DNA from: an uncultured bacterium
GTDB lineage: Bacteria; Krumholzibacteriota; Krumholzibacteriia; LZORAL124-64-63
Assembly (NCBI GenBank): GCA_963732385.1
Contig: CAVSZB010000007.1
Location: 544,001-608,000 of the forward strand
Length of the DNA: 64,000 bases
Reading direction: 5' to 3'
The notes below the pieces were generated by a model. It was not told the origin of the DNA and did not search any database. It saw only the letters and a program-made list of their open reading frames with translations. Below, piece after piece: positions 47,825-56,450 of the stretch (within the stretch, counting starts at the first letter, position 1; every line of letters begins with the position of its first letter). The translations under genes were made by a program, and so were the position numbers.

Positions 47825-49112
47825 CCTCGCCCATTTCCTCCGGCGCGCCGGCTTCGACCGTCCGCCGGCGCGACGCGGCCGGAGCCGGGTGCGTTACGAG
47901 TCGCCCGGGGCCGGGATCGCCAGCAACGGCGGCGACCGCCACCAACGTGCGCTGCACACGCTCCCGCTCGGCCTGCAGGTCGACGATCCCCGCCACCCTG
48001 CGCCTGGGAGCCCCCAGGCGCTGCTCCAGCCGATCGTCAAAGCCGAAAATGTAGAGGATCTCGGTCAAGGAATCGAAACCGAGCACGCGATTGCGCCGGT
48101 GCTGTGTCGCCTCCAGGTGCAGGGAAAACAGCCAGCACCCCAACGCCGGCATCCCGACCCACGGCACGCGCAGGAAATCGGACAGAGCGAACAACACCGT
48201 GCCGGCTGTGATCAGCAGGAGGAAGGCCACCGCGGCGCGCGGCGAAAAGCCGACCCGCACCAGACGGTGGTGCAGGTGATAGTCGTCGGCCTGGAAGATC
48301 GATGCGTGCTTGCGCCACCGACGGATGATCGTCGTGCCGGTGTCCCAGATCGGGACCACCATCGGCGCCAGCAGAACCGGCAGCGGCACACTCGTCCGGC
48401 GTCCCAGATCCAGAAGCAGCGTGCCGAGCACGAGCCCCATCCACATGCTGCCGGAGTCGCCCAGGAAGATCTTGCGCCGGCTGATGTTCCAATAGAAGAA
48501 GGCCACCGTCGCCCCGCACAGCGTGGCCGCGCACACCAGCGGCACGAACTCCCCCACCGCCAGCGAGATAGTGCCCAACGAGAGGAGCACCAGCACGCTG
48601 ATGCCGCTCGCCAACCCGTCGAGCCCATCGATCAGATTCATCGAATTGATGAAGCCGAGGTACCAGAGCATGGTGATCGGCCAGGCCCAGCCACCGAGAT
48701 CGATCCGGCCGAACGGCGGCAGATTCACCACCTCGAGACGCTGTCCGAAAAGCATCAGCCCCAGGATCACGAGCAACTGTCCGTAAAGCTTCTTCTCCGC
48801 GTGGATCCCGAAGCGATCGTCCCACACCCCCAGCGCCAGAATCGCCAGGCCGGCCCCGATGAGAACGCTGAGCCAGGACCACGGCATCGCATCCGTGAGA
48901 CTGAGGCGTTCCTGGATGTAAAGCGTGAAAAAGAAAGATATGAAGATGGCCATGCCGCCGGTGCGCGGCACCGGCCTCAAATGCGAACGTCGGAAACCGG
49001 GGTGATCCACGATCTTGGTCAGGAAACCGAGATTGCGGAAGTGCGGCTGCACCAGCCACGACATGCTGAAGGCCAGCAGTCCGCACAACAGCGCAACGAT
49101 CTCCCTATCCAC
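47790..49112 (-). CDS. WecA/TagO-like (MraY family) undecaprenyl-phosphate GlcNAc-1-P transferase
   Basis: VDHP..R..H..PVP..GG, G.WDD, N..N.IDGLDGLA, IFLGDSGS, P.WDT...I.RR, D..HLHHRL. Confidence 0.9.
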   Translation of the reverse strand: MDREIVALLCGLLAFSMSWLVQPHFRNLGFLTKIVDHPGFRRSHLRPVPRTGGMAIFISFFFTLYIQERLSLTDAMPWSWLSVLIGAGLAILALGVWDDRFGIHAEKKLYGQLLVILGLMLFGQRLEVVNLPPFGRIDLGGWAWPITMLWYLGFINSMNLIDGLDGLASGISVLVLLSLGTISLAVGEFVPLVCAATLCGATVAFFYWNISRRKIFLGDSGSMWMGLVLGTLLLDLGRRTSVPLPVLLAPMVVPIWDTGTTIIRRWRKHASIFQADDYHLHHRLVRVGFSPRAAVAFLLLITAGTVLFALSDFLRVPWVGMPALGCWLFSLHLEATQHRRNRVLGFDSLTEILYIFGFDDRLEQRLGAPRRRVAGIVDLQAERERVQRTLVAVAAVAGDPGPGRLVTHPAPAASRRRTVEAGAPEEMGEDVVLPTTRDFS

Positions 49113-49162
49113 GCAGCACTCCTTACCTGACGGTGAATCCGCCAGCCAGTCATCTTGGCAAA

Positions 49163-50347
49163 CTAAACATTGTCCCTGGGCGGGGCAACGGCAATCTCGT
49201 CACGCGGGACTGCCGCCGCCATCACCTCCGCGTAAACCGCTGCCGTGGCGTCAGCCGTGCGCTCCCACGACCAGGCCCGCGCCCGCTCGCGACCGCGTGC
49301 GATCAATCGCGCCCGCAGCGCCGCGTCCCGATCCAGCCGGAAGAGCGCTGCGGCGATGGCTTCGGAATCGTCGGGATCCACCAGCAGGGCCGCATCCCCC
49401 GCCACTTCCCGCATGGCGCCCCGGTCGGCCGTCAGGACCGGCAGGCCGGCCGCCATCGCCTCCAGGATCGGAAACCCGAAACCTTCGTGAAGGGAAGGAA
49501 AAAGCAACGCACGTGCCGCACCGTACAAGTCCCACAAACGAGCGGGCTGGCAGTATCCCTCCAGGCGCAGCGCCCCACGCGCCTCCAGGGCGCGGATCGG
49601 CCCCCGGAGCGGGGAATCACCCCAGCCCCGGCCACCTACCAGGTTCAGATCGGGAGGAGGCGGACCGCCGGCGGCCTCGGCCTGGTCACGGAAACGGCGA
49701 TAAGCTTCCAGAAGCCGCGGCAAGTTCTTCCGCGGCTCGAGAGTGCCCACGAACAGGAACGGTCCCCCGACATCGGCACGCTCCCCGCGGACCGGCTGCT
49801 CCCAGACCCAGGAGGGGGTGCCGAAGGGGGTGACCCGCAGACGATCCCGAACGGAGGGAAAGTGCGCTGCTACATCGTCCGCGGTCGCCGCGGAGTTGGT
49901 GACGATCCGGTCAGCCCGCCGCAACGATGCCGGCACCAGCGCCTGATAATACCAGCGCCTGGGCAGCTCCACGGTGCCGGGAAACCGCCGATACGCCAGA
50001 TCGTGCACCGTGACCACGCTCGGGCAGGGCAGGCGCAGCGGCGCCACGAACTGCAGGCTGTGCAGCACCGCGGCGCCCAGGCGCGCCGCCAAAGCCGGCA
50101 GGACGAATTGAGTGTACAGAGCTTTGCGCAGAGCCCCGCCACCGGCAGCGGGACAGGGCAGCACCCGCCAGCCTGGGACCCCCACCAGGGGGGCGAAAGC
50201 CGCGGGATGCGTGGTCAGCACGCCGAAATCAAATCCCCGGTCCCGGGCCGCAAGCGCCCGGGTCAGTTCCAGGATCGACCGCCCCACGCCGGTAGGCTCC
50301 GGCTGCACGAGCAGTCCGTCGAGGAGAATCAGCGGGCGCTCAGCCAC
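49163..50347 (-). CDS. Glycosyltransferase family 4
   Basis: TGVGR, VTVHDL, FVGTLEPRKN, PSL.EGFGFP.LEAMA.G.PV, SW...A. Confidence 0.93.
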   Translation of the reverse strand: MAERPLILLDGLLVQPEPTGVGRSILELTRALAARDRGFDFGVLTTHPAAFAPLVGVPGWRVLPCPAAGGGALRKALYTQFVLPALAARLGAAVLHSLQFVAPLRLPCPSVVTVHDLAYRRFPGTVELPRRWYYQALVPASLRRADRIVTNSAATADDVAAHFPSVRDRLRVTPFGTPSWVWEQPVRGERADVGGPFLFVGTLEPRKNLPRLLEAYRRFRDQAEAAGGPPPPDLNLVGGRGWGDSPLRGPIRALEARGALRLEGYCQPARLWDLYGAARALLFPSLHEGFGFPILEAMAAGLPVLTADRGAMREVAGDAALLVDPDDSEAIAAALFRLDRDAALRARLIARGRERARAWSWERTADATAAVYAEVMAAAVPRDEIAVAPPRDNV

Positions 50348-51734
50348 GGTCCGCCTCCCCCTCCCGCAGTGCTGCCAGCAGCAGTCCCAGCGCGACCCAT
50401 ATGTGGGGCAGATTATACTGCGAGAACGTCAGGAGCTGGCCCCAGACGCCGATCAAAGCCGCCGCGAGCAGGGCCACACGCCAGCGGGCGTCGGCCCTCT
50501 CCGCCCCCGACCAGGCAGCCCCCGTGACGCGCCAGATCTGCCGGGTCAGCAGGATCGCCCCCGCCAGAAAGACCGCGAAGCCAAGGACTCCCGTTTCACA
50601 GAGGATTTCGAGCGGGAAGGAGTTGACGACCGGCCAGTTGAACTGGCTTTGCAGGCCGATCGGCTCGACCAGCGCCACGAAGTGGAATCCGAACTGCCCC
50701 CACCCTATGCCGACGAGCGGGCTCAGCAGGAACGCGCGCCACGCGGCCTGCATCGAGTACAGACGCGTGAGGTTGGACCAGTCCTCGCGATTGACCGACT
50801 GCGCCAGTCGTCGCAGCGGCAGGGACAGGATGTCCGGACGCCAGAACAGGATGGCCAGCACCGCTCCTGCCAACACCGCCGCCACCAGCCAGGGTCGCAG
50901 CCCCGCGATGCGGCCGTTCCGGTCGCAAAACCCGATACGCCGGGCGAGCAGCGCCCAGACGACGGCGGCGCCGCCCGCGGCCAGCCAGGCCCCGCGCGAC
51001 CAGGTCAGCAGCAGCAGAAGGCCACCGCAAAGCGCCAGCCCCTGGTGCCACCGTCGCGCGCCAGGCATCAGCACGACCGGCAGGGCCAGCAGGAGATAGT
51101 TGCCAAGGTAGAGCGGTTCGCAACAGGTGCCGCGCAGGCGGGGGATTCCGGTGAACCCGTGTCCAAGATACAACTCCTCGGAGCCGGAGAGGATGGTCGG
51201 GTTGGAGGTAAAGACGCGCTCCAGGGCGGCAAAGGCGAAGGAACCGCCACCGAACAGCAGGCCCTGGATCAGCCCGTAAAGCAGTTGACCCAGCAGGGCG
51301 AGGCTGAACATCCTGCGGGTCCATTCCCAGCGGGCGGCCCCCCGGGTCCAGACCAGGGGCCAGACCACGAACACGAACATGATCAGGATCTGGCTGAACT
51401 GTTTCGCAAGGCGCAGGAGTCGCGGCGCGGCGTCAGGTCCGCCAGCCGGGGGCTGGATCACCAGCCCCAGCGATGACACCGCCACCGCCGCCGCAGCGAC
51501 CAGGCCAAAGGTGCTCCACGGGCGGGCGGCTACCCAGCCCGCCTGCAACCGCCTCCGCCCCATCGCGGCGATGGCGAACAGCGTCGCACCGGCCAGGAAC
51601 AGATAGGCCGGCTGGAAACCGGCGCCCAGATCGACCCCGCTGGTCAGGCGCACCGGATCGCAGCCGATCAGGGGCAGGGTCAGGAGACATCCGCCATACA
51701 GGAGATGGGCCGTCCCCGATCGCGTCATGTCCAT
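50340..51734 (-). CDS. O-antigen ligase/Wzy-C family membrane protein
   Basis: Multiple TM segments; R.RGT..EP, LT.SRG.W, SN.TR, P..G.G.G.F, E.G.LG. Confidence 0.85.
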   Translation of the reverse strand: MDMTRSGTAHLLYGGCLLTLPLIGCDPVRLTSGVDLGAGFQPAYLFLAGATLFAIAAMGRRRLQAGWVAARPWSTFGLVAAAAVAVSSLGLVIQPPAGGPDAAPRLLRLAKQFSQILIMFVFVVWPLVWTRGAARWEWTRRMFSLALLGQLLYGLIQGLLFGGGSFAFAALERVFTSNPTILSGSEELYLGHGFTGIPRLRGTCCEPLYLGNYLLLALPVVLMPGARRWHQGLALCGGLLLLLTWSRGAWLAAGGAAVVWALLARRIGFCDRNGRIAGLRPWLVAAVLAGAVLAILFWRPDILSLPLRRLAQSVNREDWSNLTRLYSMQAAWRAFLLSPLVGIGWGQFGFHFVALVEPIGLQSQFNWPVVNSFPLEILCETGVLGFAVFLAGAILLTRQIWRVTGAAWSGAERADARWRVALLAAALIGVWGQLLTFSQYNLPHIWVALGLLLAALREGEADRG

Positions 51735-51916
51735 CGGGCGAAGAGCCGCCCCCGGACGGTCAACGCGCCAACGATCACTGGCATTCCCAGCCCCAGCAGC
51801 AGGCCTGCGGCATCCCCCCCGGCCGCGGGCATGACCCCTCCCGGCCTGCAGGCGGCAGCGGCCAGGGCGAGCAGGCAGAACCCGACGACCGTCGAAGGCC
51901 GCGCCAAGCGGAACAC
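51725..51916 (-). CDS. Possible small membrane protein (~63 aa)
   Basis: Two hydrophobic stretches; GTG just after the upstream stop, own stop overlaps the ligase start; fills the gap exactly. Confidence 0.4.
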   Translation of the reverse strand: MFRLARPSTVVGFCLLALAAAACRPGGVMPAAGGDAAGLLLGLGMPVIVGALTVRGRLFARWT

Positions 51917-51923
51917 CTTCGCG

Positions 51924-52241
51924 TCAGGCCGGCGGCAACGGCAGGGCCGCGCCGCGCAGTTCACCGAGCAACCGCGCCAGAATGTCCACGAAATCTTCAT
52001 GCGTGCGACAGCGTACCTCGCCCCCGCCCTCGCGGCCAAGCCGAACGTGAACGGCATGCGACTGGGGATGGCATTGGCAGAGGAGACGCCCATGCAGGCG
52101 GGCCACGATCCGGAACGGTTCCTCGTGCAGCATCACGCCGGGATCCAGTTCGCCCAGCAGATCCAGGAAGCGGCGAAAATCCTCGCGCAACGGCCCGGCG
52201 CGGACCAGCCCCGTCTGCACGGCGCCATCCCCGCTGTTCAC
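51924..52241 (-). CDS. Small hypothetical protein (~105 aa)
   Basis: GTGA overlap with the upstream stop; protein-like composition. Confidence 0.55.
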   Translation of the reverse strand: MNSGDGAVQTGLVRAGPLREDFRRFLDLLGELDPGVMLHEEPFRIVARLHGRLLCQCHPQSHAVHVRLGREGGGEVRCRTHEDFVDILARLLGELRGAALPLPPA

Positions 52242-53110
52242 GCGCACGCCTCCTGCGCCGCGGTGCCCGTCCGTCGCGACCCCTCCGCTCCCAGCGCCAG
52301 GCTGATGGCCAGAGGAGCGAACGGACAGGTTGTCCCGCCGGCAACCGCACTCCGGGGGTCACGGACTTCGGCGAGCAACTCGACGGTCGCCGCCGGGGCG
52401 CTCAGAGCGGCCAGAGCCTGCCACCGTTCTTGCTGGACAGCCATTCCGACGGCACACCCCAAACCATCCGAGTAGACGAGGACCTTGAGTTGGCGGGGCT
52501 TCAGCGCCGCGGCCAGTCGGCCGAGGCAGTACGCAGTGCCGAGGGTGCCCGCCTCCTCCGCACGCACGCACCACACCAGACCGTCCACGCCTTCATCGAA
52601 CAGGCTCCCCCCATCCCAGGCATGTGCCGCCTCAAGGGCCGAGAGCGATCGTCCCACCAGCCCGCCCAGATTGATCCAGGCGCACACCGGACCCGCATCT
52701 TCCCCGGGGGACCTTCCGGTGAAACGGGGCGGGACCACCTCCACCCCGCCCATCCAGCAGCGTGTGTCACGCTCCGCGTGGCCGAAGGCCGCGGGCCTGA
52801 ACAACGTGCGCAGTCGCTCCCGATCGCCGCCCCCCAGGAAAGGCGCCGCCGCCCAGGCCTGCCGGTGCCATTCTTCCAGCGTGACCCGCATCCGTCCCTG
52901 AGGAGCAGCGGTCCCACCGAGCAGCAAACTCGAGCGCGCCAGGCCGGCGGCGGTCCAGGCGGCCAGAAACCCGTGGCCCGCAGCGGCCACCGCGAACCGA
53001 TAGGCGCGCGTTACGGCGGAGGCACGCTCCGCCAGCGGGACCGGGGGATCCAGAAAGAGATCGACGACCGCGCGGATATGGTGGTCGCGGGGGGCCAGGT
53101 CAACAGTCAC
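52238..53110 (-). CDS. Hypothetical protein, possibly a degenerate MinD/FleN-like P-loop fold without Walker A
   Basis: GVEVVP, WINLG and DGLVWCV......GTAY.L..L resemble MinD/FleN strands; directly downstream of parA. Confidence 0.6.
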   Translation of the reverse strand: MTVDLAPRDHHIRAVVDLFLDPPVPLAERASAVTRAYRFAVAAAGHGFLAAWTAAGLARSSLLLGGTAAPQGRMRVTLEEWHRQAWAAAPFLGGGDRERLRTLFRPAAFGHAERDTRCWMGGVEVVPPRFTGRSPGEDAGPVCAWINLGGLVGRSLSALEAAHAWDGGSLFDEGVDGLVWCVRAEEAGTLGTAYCLGRLAAALKPRQLKVLVYSDGLGCAVGMAVQQERWQALAALSAPAATVELLAEVRDPRSAVAGGTTCPFAPLAISLALGAEGSRRTGTAAQEACA

Positions 53111-53123
53111 AGGCGTCCCGATC

Positions 53124-54197
53124 TCACGGCACGACCAGTAGTGAATTCACACCACCGAAATCATTGGGCACGGCCTCGGCGTTCTGCGCATCGGGCCGCC
53201 AGTCGCCGTCCACGATGAAGCAATACTCATAGCGCCCCGACGGCACCGGCAGCACCGTCTCCCACTCACCGTCACCCTTCGACTCGAGCGGCTCCCCTTC
53301 CGCCTTCCAGTCCGAGAACGAGCCGGTCACCCGCACGACCCGGGCCTCTGGGAACCGGCCAACGAATCGCACCCCACCGGCAGTCAGGCACGGCCCGCCG
53401 GCCGGGACCGGCAGCGCGTCAGCAACCGGCTCGGCCAGACCGGCGCCGAGCGTGAGCATCTCCGCGGCCAAACTACGAAAATCGAGCGCCGCCCGGCAGC
53501 CGGAATCGAGACGGCCCTCGGTCAGGCCGGCCACGACCGCCTCCTTCAGCCTTACGGTGTGATGCACCACGGTGTCGAGCAGCAGATCGCCGAAGTCCCG
53601 GGCAAGATCCGCCGCGAAATTCCGCGCGAAACGTGAGCGCGGATCGTAGTTCGACAACAGCACCCGTGGCTGTGTCAGGTGGCCGCGCCGTTCGCTCAGG
53701 ACCGCAAGGGTTTCGCGGAACTTGCGCACCGCCTGGGCGCTCTGAACGCTCGCATCGACCGGGACGATCGCTTCGCCGCTCGCGAGCAGGGCGTTGAACG
53801 TAAGCAGTCCGACACTCGGCGGACAGTCGATCAGCACGACATCGTAATCCTGAGTGGATCGTTCCAGCGCCCGGCGCAGGCGCCATTCGCGGCCCGTCTC
53901 GCCCGCCAGCGCCTGTTCGACGCCACTCAGCTCGATCCCCGCCGGAATCAGGTCCAGGTTGGGAGCCACCGTCTTGCGGATGTCTTCGATGCGCGCGTCG
54001 AGAGTGAGATACAGATCGTACGCGCTGGCGGCGAAGTCCCCCTCGCCCAGCCCACTGGCCAGAGTGGCATGCCCCTGGGGATCGTTATCGAACAACAGGA
54101 CCCGCTGATCGCACTCGGCAAGCGCAGCGGCGAGGTTGGTGGCAACCGTCGTCTTCCCGCAGCCGCCTTTCTGGTTGGCTAGAGCGATGACTCTCAT
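53124..54197 (-). CDS. ParA/Soj-family ATPase fused to a C-terminal CBM48/AMPK-beta glycogen-binding domain
   Basis: NQKGGCGKTT, DNDPQG, LIDCPP; C-terminus VRF..PEAR.V.VTGSFSDW...G.W...L....GRYEY.FIVDG.W..D..N....GG.NS. Confidence 0.9.
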   Translation of the reverse strand: MRVIALANQKGGCGKTTVATNLAAALAECDQRVLLFDNDPQGHATLASGLGEGDFAASAYDLYLTLDARIEDIRKTVAPNLDLIPAGIELSGVEQALAGETGREWRLRRALERSTQDYDVVLIDCPPSVGLLTFNALLASGEAIVPVDASVQSAQAVRKFRETLAVLSERRGHLTQPRVLLSNYDPRSRFARNFAADLARDFGDLLLDTVVHHTVRLKEAVVAGLTEGRLDSGCRAALDFRSLAAEMLTLGAGLAEPVADALPVPAGGPCLTAGGVRFVGRFPEARVVRVTGSFSDWKAEGEPLESKGDGEWETVLPVPSGRYEYCFIVDGDWRPDAQNAEAVPNDFGGVNSLLVVP

Positions 54198-54314
54198 GGC
54201 CCCGTCCTTTCCGCGGCCACGCCTCGGCGGTGTGGCACAACCAGCCGATACCCTCCGGGGTCGGGAAAGCACAGTCACCCGCCCGACCGTCCGCCGAACC
54301 GACCATTGCAGTGG

Positions 54315-54342
54315 AGCTTAGGGGAGCGGTCGCGACTGTCAA
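54315..54342 (-). promoter_or_regulatory. Putative sigma70 promoter of the parA-CBM48 operon (TTGACA-16 bp-TAAGCT)
   Basis: Perfect -35 hexamer, plausible -10. Confidence 0.5.
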
Positions 54343-54370
54343 GCGGATTCCCCCGCGCAGAGAGCGCGAT

Positions 54371-54802
54371 CTACGGCAGGAAACGACGGCCCAGCAGCCA
54401 CCCCCCGACCCCACAGACCAGCCCCCCGGCCACCTCGCCCCAGGTATGTCCGGTAAGCTCGCGCAGACGACCGCGGTCGAGGGTATGAGTGGCGATCAGT
54501 GCATCGACCAGATCATTGAGGACGCGGGCCTGTTTGCCCACCTCCTGCCGCAACCCGGTCGCCTCGAAGACGACATACGCAGCGAACACCAGGGTCACCG
54601 AAAAGAGGGAGCCGCCCCAGCCGGAGCGACTCCCCACGAACAGGGCCAGCGCGGTGACCGTCGCCGTGTGCGAACTGGGCATTCCGCCCGAGGCGAACAG
54701 CAGGGAGAAGTCGAGCCTTCCACTCCTGCACAACGACACGAGCACCTTGCCCACCTGTGTGGCCAGCCCGGTCGCCACAGCCAGCAGTCCCATCAGCGGC
54801 AC
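54371..54802 (-). CDS. Divergent PAP2 family protein (DUF212)
   Basis: Q..K, SGGMPSSH, A.G.R...G.QA..LN, L.E..GHT..EV..G. Confidence 0.9.
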   Translation of the reverse strand: MPLMGLLAVATGLATQVGKVLVSLCRSGRLDFSLLFASGGMPSSHTATVTALALFVGSRSGWGGSLFSVTLVFAAYVVFEATGLRQEVGKQARVLNDLVDALIATHTLDRGRLRELTGHTWGEVAGGLVCGVGGWLLGRRFLP

Positions 54803-54829
54803 GACGGACCGCCCCCCCTTCGACGACCG

Positions 54830-56224
54830 CTAGTAGGTCGCGAGATAGCGCTCCAGCTCCCAGTCGTGGACCTGCGCATTGAAATCGGCCCAGACCGCCT
54901 CCTTGGCTTCAAGGAAATGCGTGAAGATGTGGTCGCCGAGGACTTCGCGCATCACGGTGTCTTTGCGCAGGCAGTCGAGCGCCTCCTTGAGATTGGCCGG
55001 CAGCTGTGTGATCTTCAGCCGCCGCTTCTCCCGATCGCTCATCTCGAAGATGTTCTGGTTCACCGGCGGCCCCGGATCGAGCCGTCGCTCCATGCCATCG
55101 AGACCGGATCGGAGCATCACCGCGAACGCCAGATACGGGTTACAACTCGGATCCGGCACGCGCACCTCGACCCGCGTGCCGACCCCGCGCCGCGCCGGGA
55201 CGCGCAGCAGCGGCGAGCGATTGTGCTCCGACCACGCCACGTTCACCGGCGCTTCGTAGCCGGGCATCAGCCGCTTGTAGGAGTTGACAAGCGGATTCGT
55301 GATGGCCACGAAGGCCCGCGCGTGCTCCAGGATGCCGCCCATGTAATGGAGGGCGATCTCGCTCAGCTGGAACGGAGACGCCGGGTCGAAGAACGCATTG
55401 CCCTGATCGCCCGAGGTGTGAAATAGCGACTGGTGCGTATGCATGCCGGAACCGTTGATGCCGCGGATCGGCTTGGGCATGAAGGTGGCGTGCAGGCCAT
55501 AATCGAACGCCACCTTCTTGACGATAAGCCGGAAAGTGATGACACGGTCGGCCGTTTCGAGCGCCCCCGCGTACTTGAAATCGATCTCATGCTGCCCCGG
55601 AGCGACCTCATGGTGCGCCGCCTCGATCTCGAAGCCCATGGCCTCGAGCGCGTTGACGATCTCCCGGCGCGCCTCTTCACCGCGGTCCACGGGCGACAGA
55701 TCGAAATAGCCGCCGGCGTCATGCGTGCGTACGGTGGGATCCCCAGCCGCATCGCGCTGGAAGAGGAAAAACTCGAGTTCCGGGCCGCACACCGGAGCCA
55801 GTCCGTGCTCGCTGAACAACTGCAGCGTCCGCCGCAAGGCCAGCCGCGGACAGCCGGCGAAGGGGGTGCGGTCGGCGTTGTAGACGTCGCAGATCAGCCG
55901 CGCCACCTTGCCCTGGTCGCCATCGAACGGGAAGACCGCGTACGAAGTGAGGTCCGGCACCAGCAGCATGTCCGACTCCTCGATGCGGCTGAAGCCCTCG
56001 ATCGAGGATCCGTCGAACATGATCTCGCCCTGCAGCGCCTTGGCGAACTGGCTGGCCGGAACCTCCACGTTCTTGTTCTGGCCCATGATGTCGGTGAAAA
56101 TCAAACGCAGGAACCGGACGCCGTCCCGCTGCATCCGCTCCAGCAGCGCCGACCGTTCTTCCGGCGGCGCCACCACACCGCTGGCGAACGGCCGCAAGTA
56201 ATCCGTCTTCTCTTCCCCGGACAT
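54830..56224 (-). CDS. glnA: Type I glutamine synthetase
   Basis: FDGSSIEGF.RIEESDM.L.PD, GPELEFF, HHEVAPGQHE, TFMPKP..G.NGSGMH.H, NSYKRL.PGYEAP, E.R.PD...NPYL. Confidence 0.97.
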   Translation of the reverse strand: MSGEEKTDYLRPFASGVVAPPEERSALLERMQRDGVRFLRLIFTDIMGQNKNVEVPASQFAKALQGEIMFDGSSIEGFSRIEESDMLLVPDLTSYAVFPFDGDQGKVARLICDVYNADRTPFAGCPRLALRRTLQLFSEHGLAPVCGPELEFFLFQRDAAGDPTVRTHDAGGYFDLSPVDRGEEARREIVNALEAMGFEIEAAHHEVAPGQHEIDFKYAGALETADRVITFRLIVKKVAFDYGLHATFMPKPIRGINGSGMHTHQSLFHTSGDQGNAFFDPASPFQLSEIALHYMGGILEHARAFVAITNPLVNSYKRLMPGYEAPVNVAWSEHNRSPLLRVPARRGVGTRVEVRVPDPSCNPYLAFAVMLRSGLDGMERRLDPGPPVNQNIFEMSDREKRRLKITQLPANLKEALDCLRKDTVMREVLGDHIFTHFLEAKEAVWADFNAQVHDWELERYLATY

Positions 56225-56450
56225 AGTTCCTCCTCGGCTACTGCTCCCCGCGCAGCGTGACGACGGCGCCCTGGCCAGCGCGGATTCTCATCCCACAAAG
56301 GGCCACAATCTACTAGATTCGGCCACGACCACCACCGCCTGAGCGCGATCCGCGGAAAATGCCCGTTCGAGCGGCTCAATCCGTCCGGAGCGCTGCCGAT
56401 ACGGAGACAGGACGGCCATGCCGGCCGTCGTACTTTGCCATGGAGGGACC

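Noticed and set aside
53124..54197. Chromosomal parAB/oriC locus
   Set aside because: No parB, dnaA, gidAB or recognisable parS palindrome in the window, and the ParA carries a CBM48 tail
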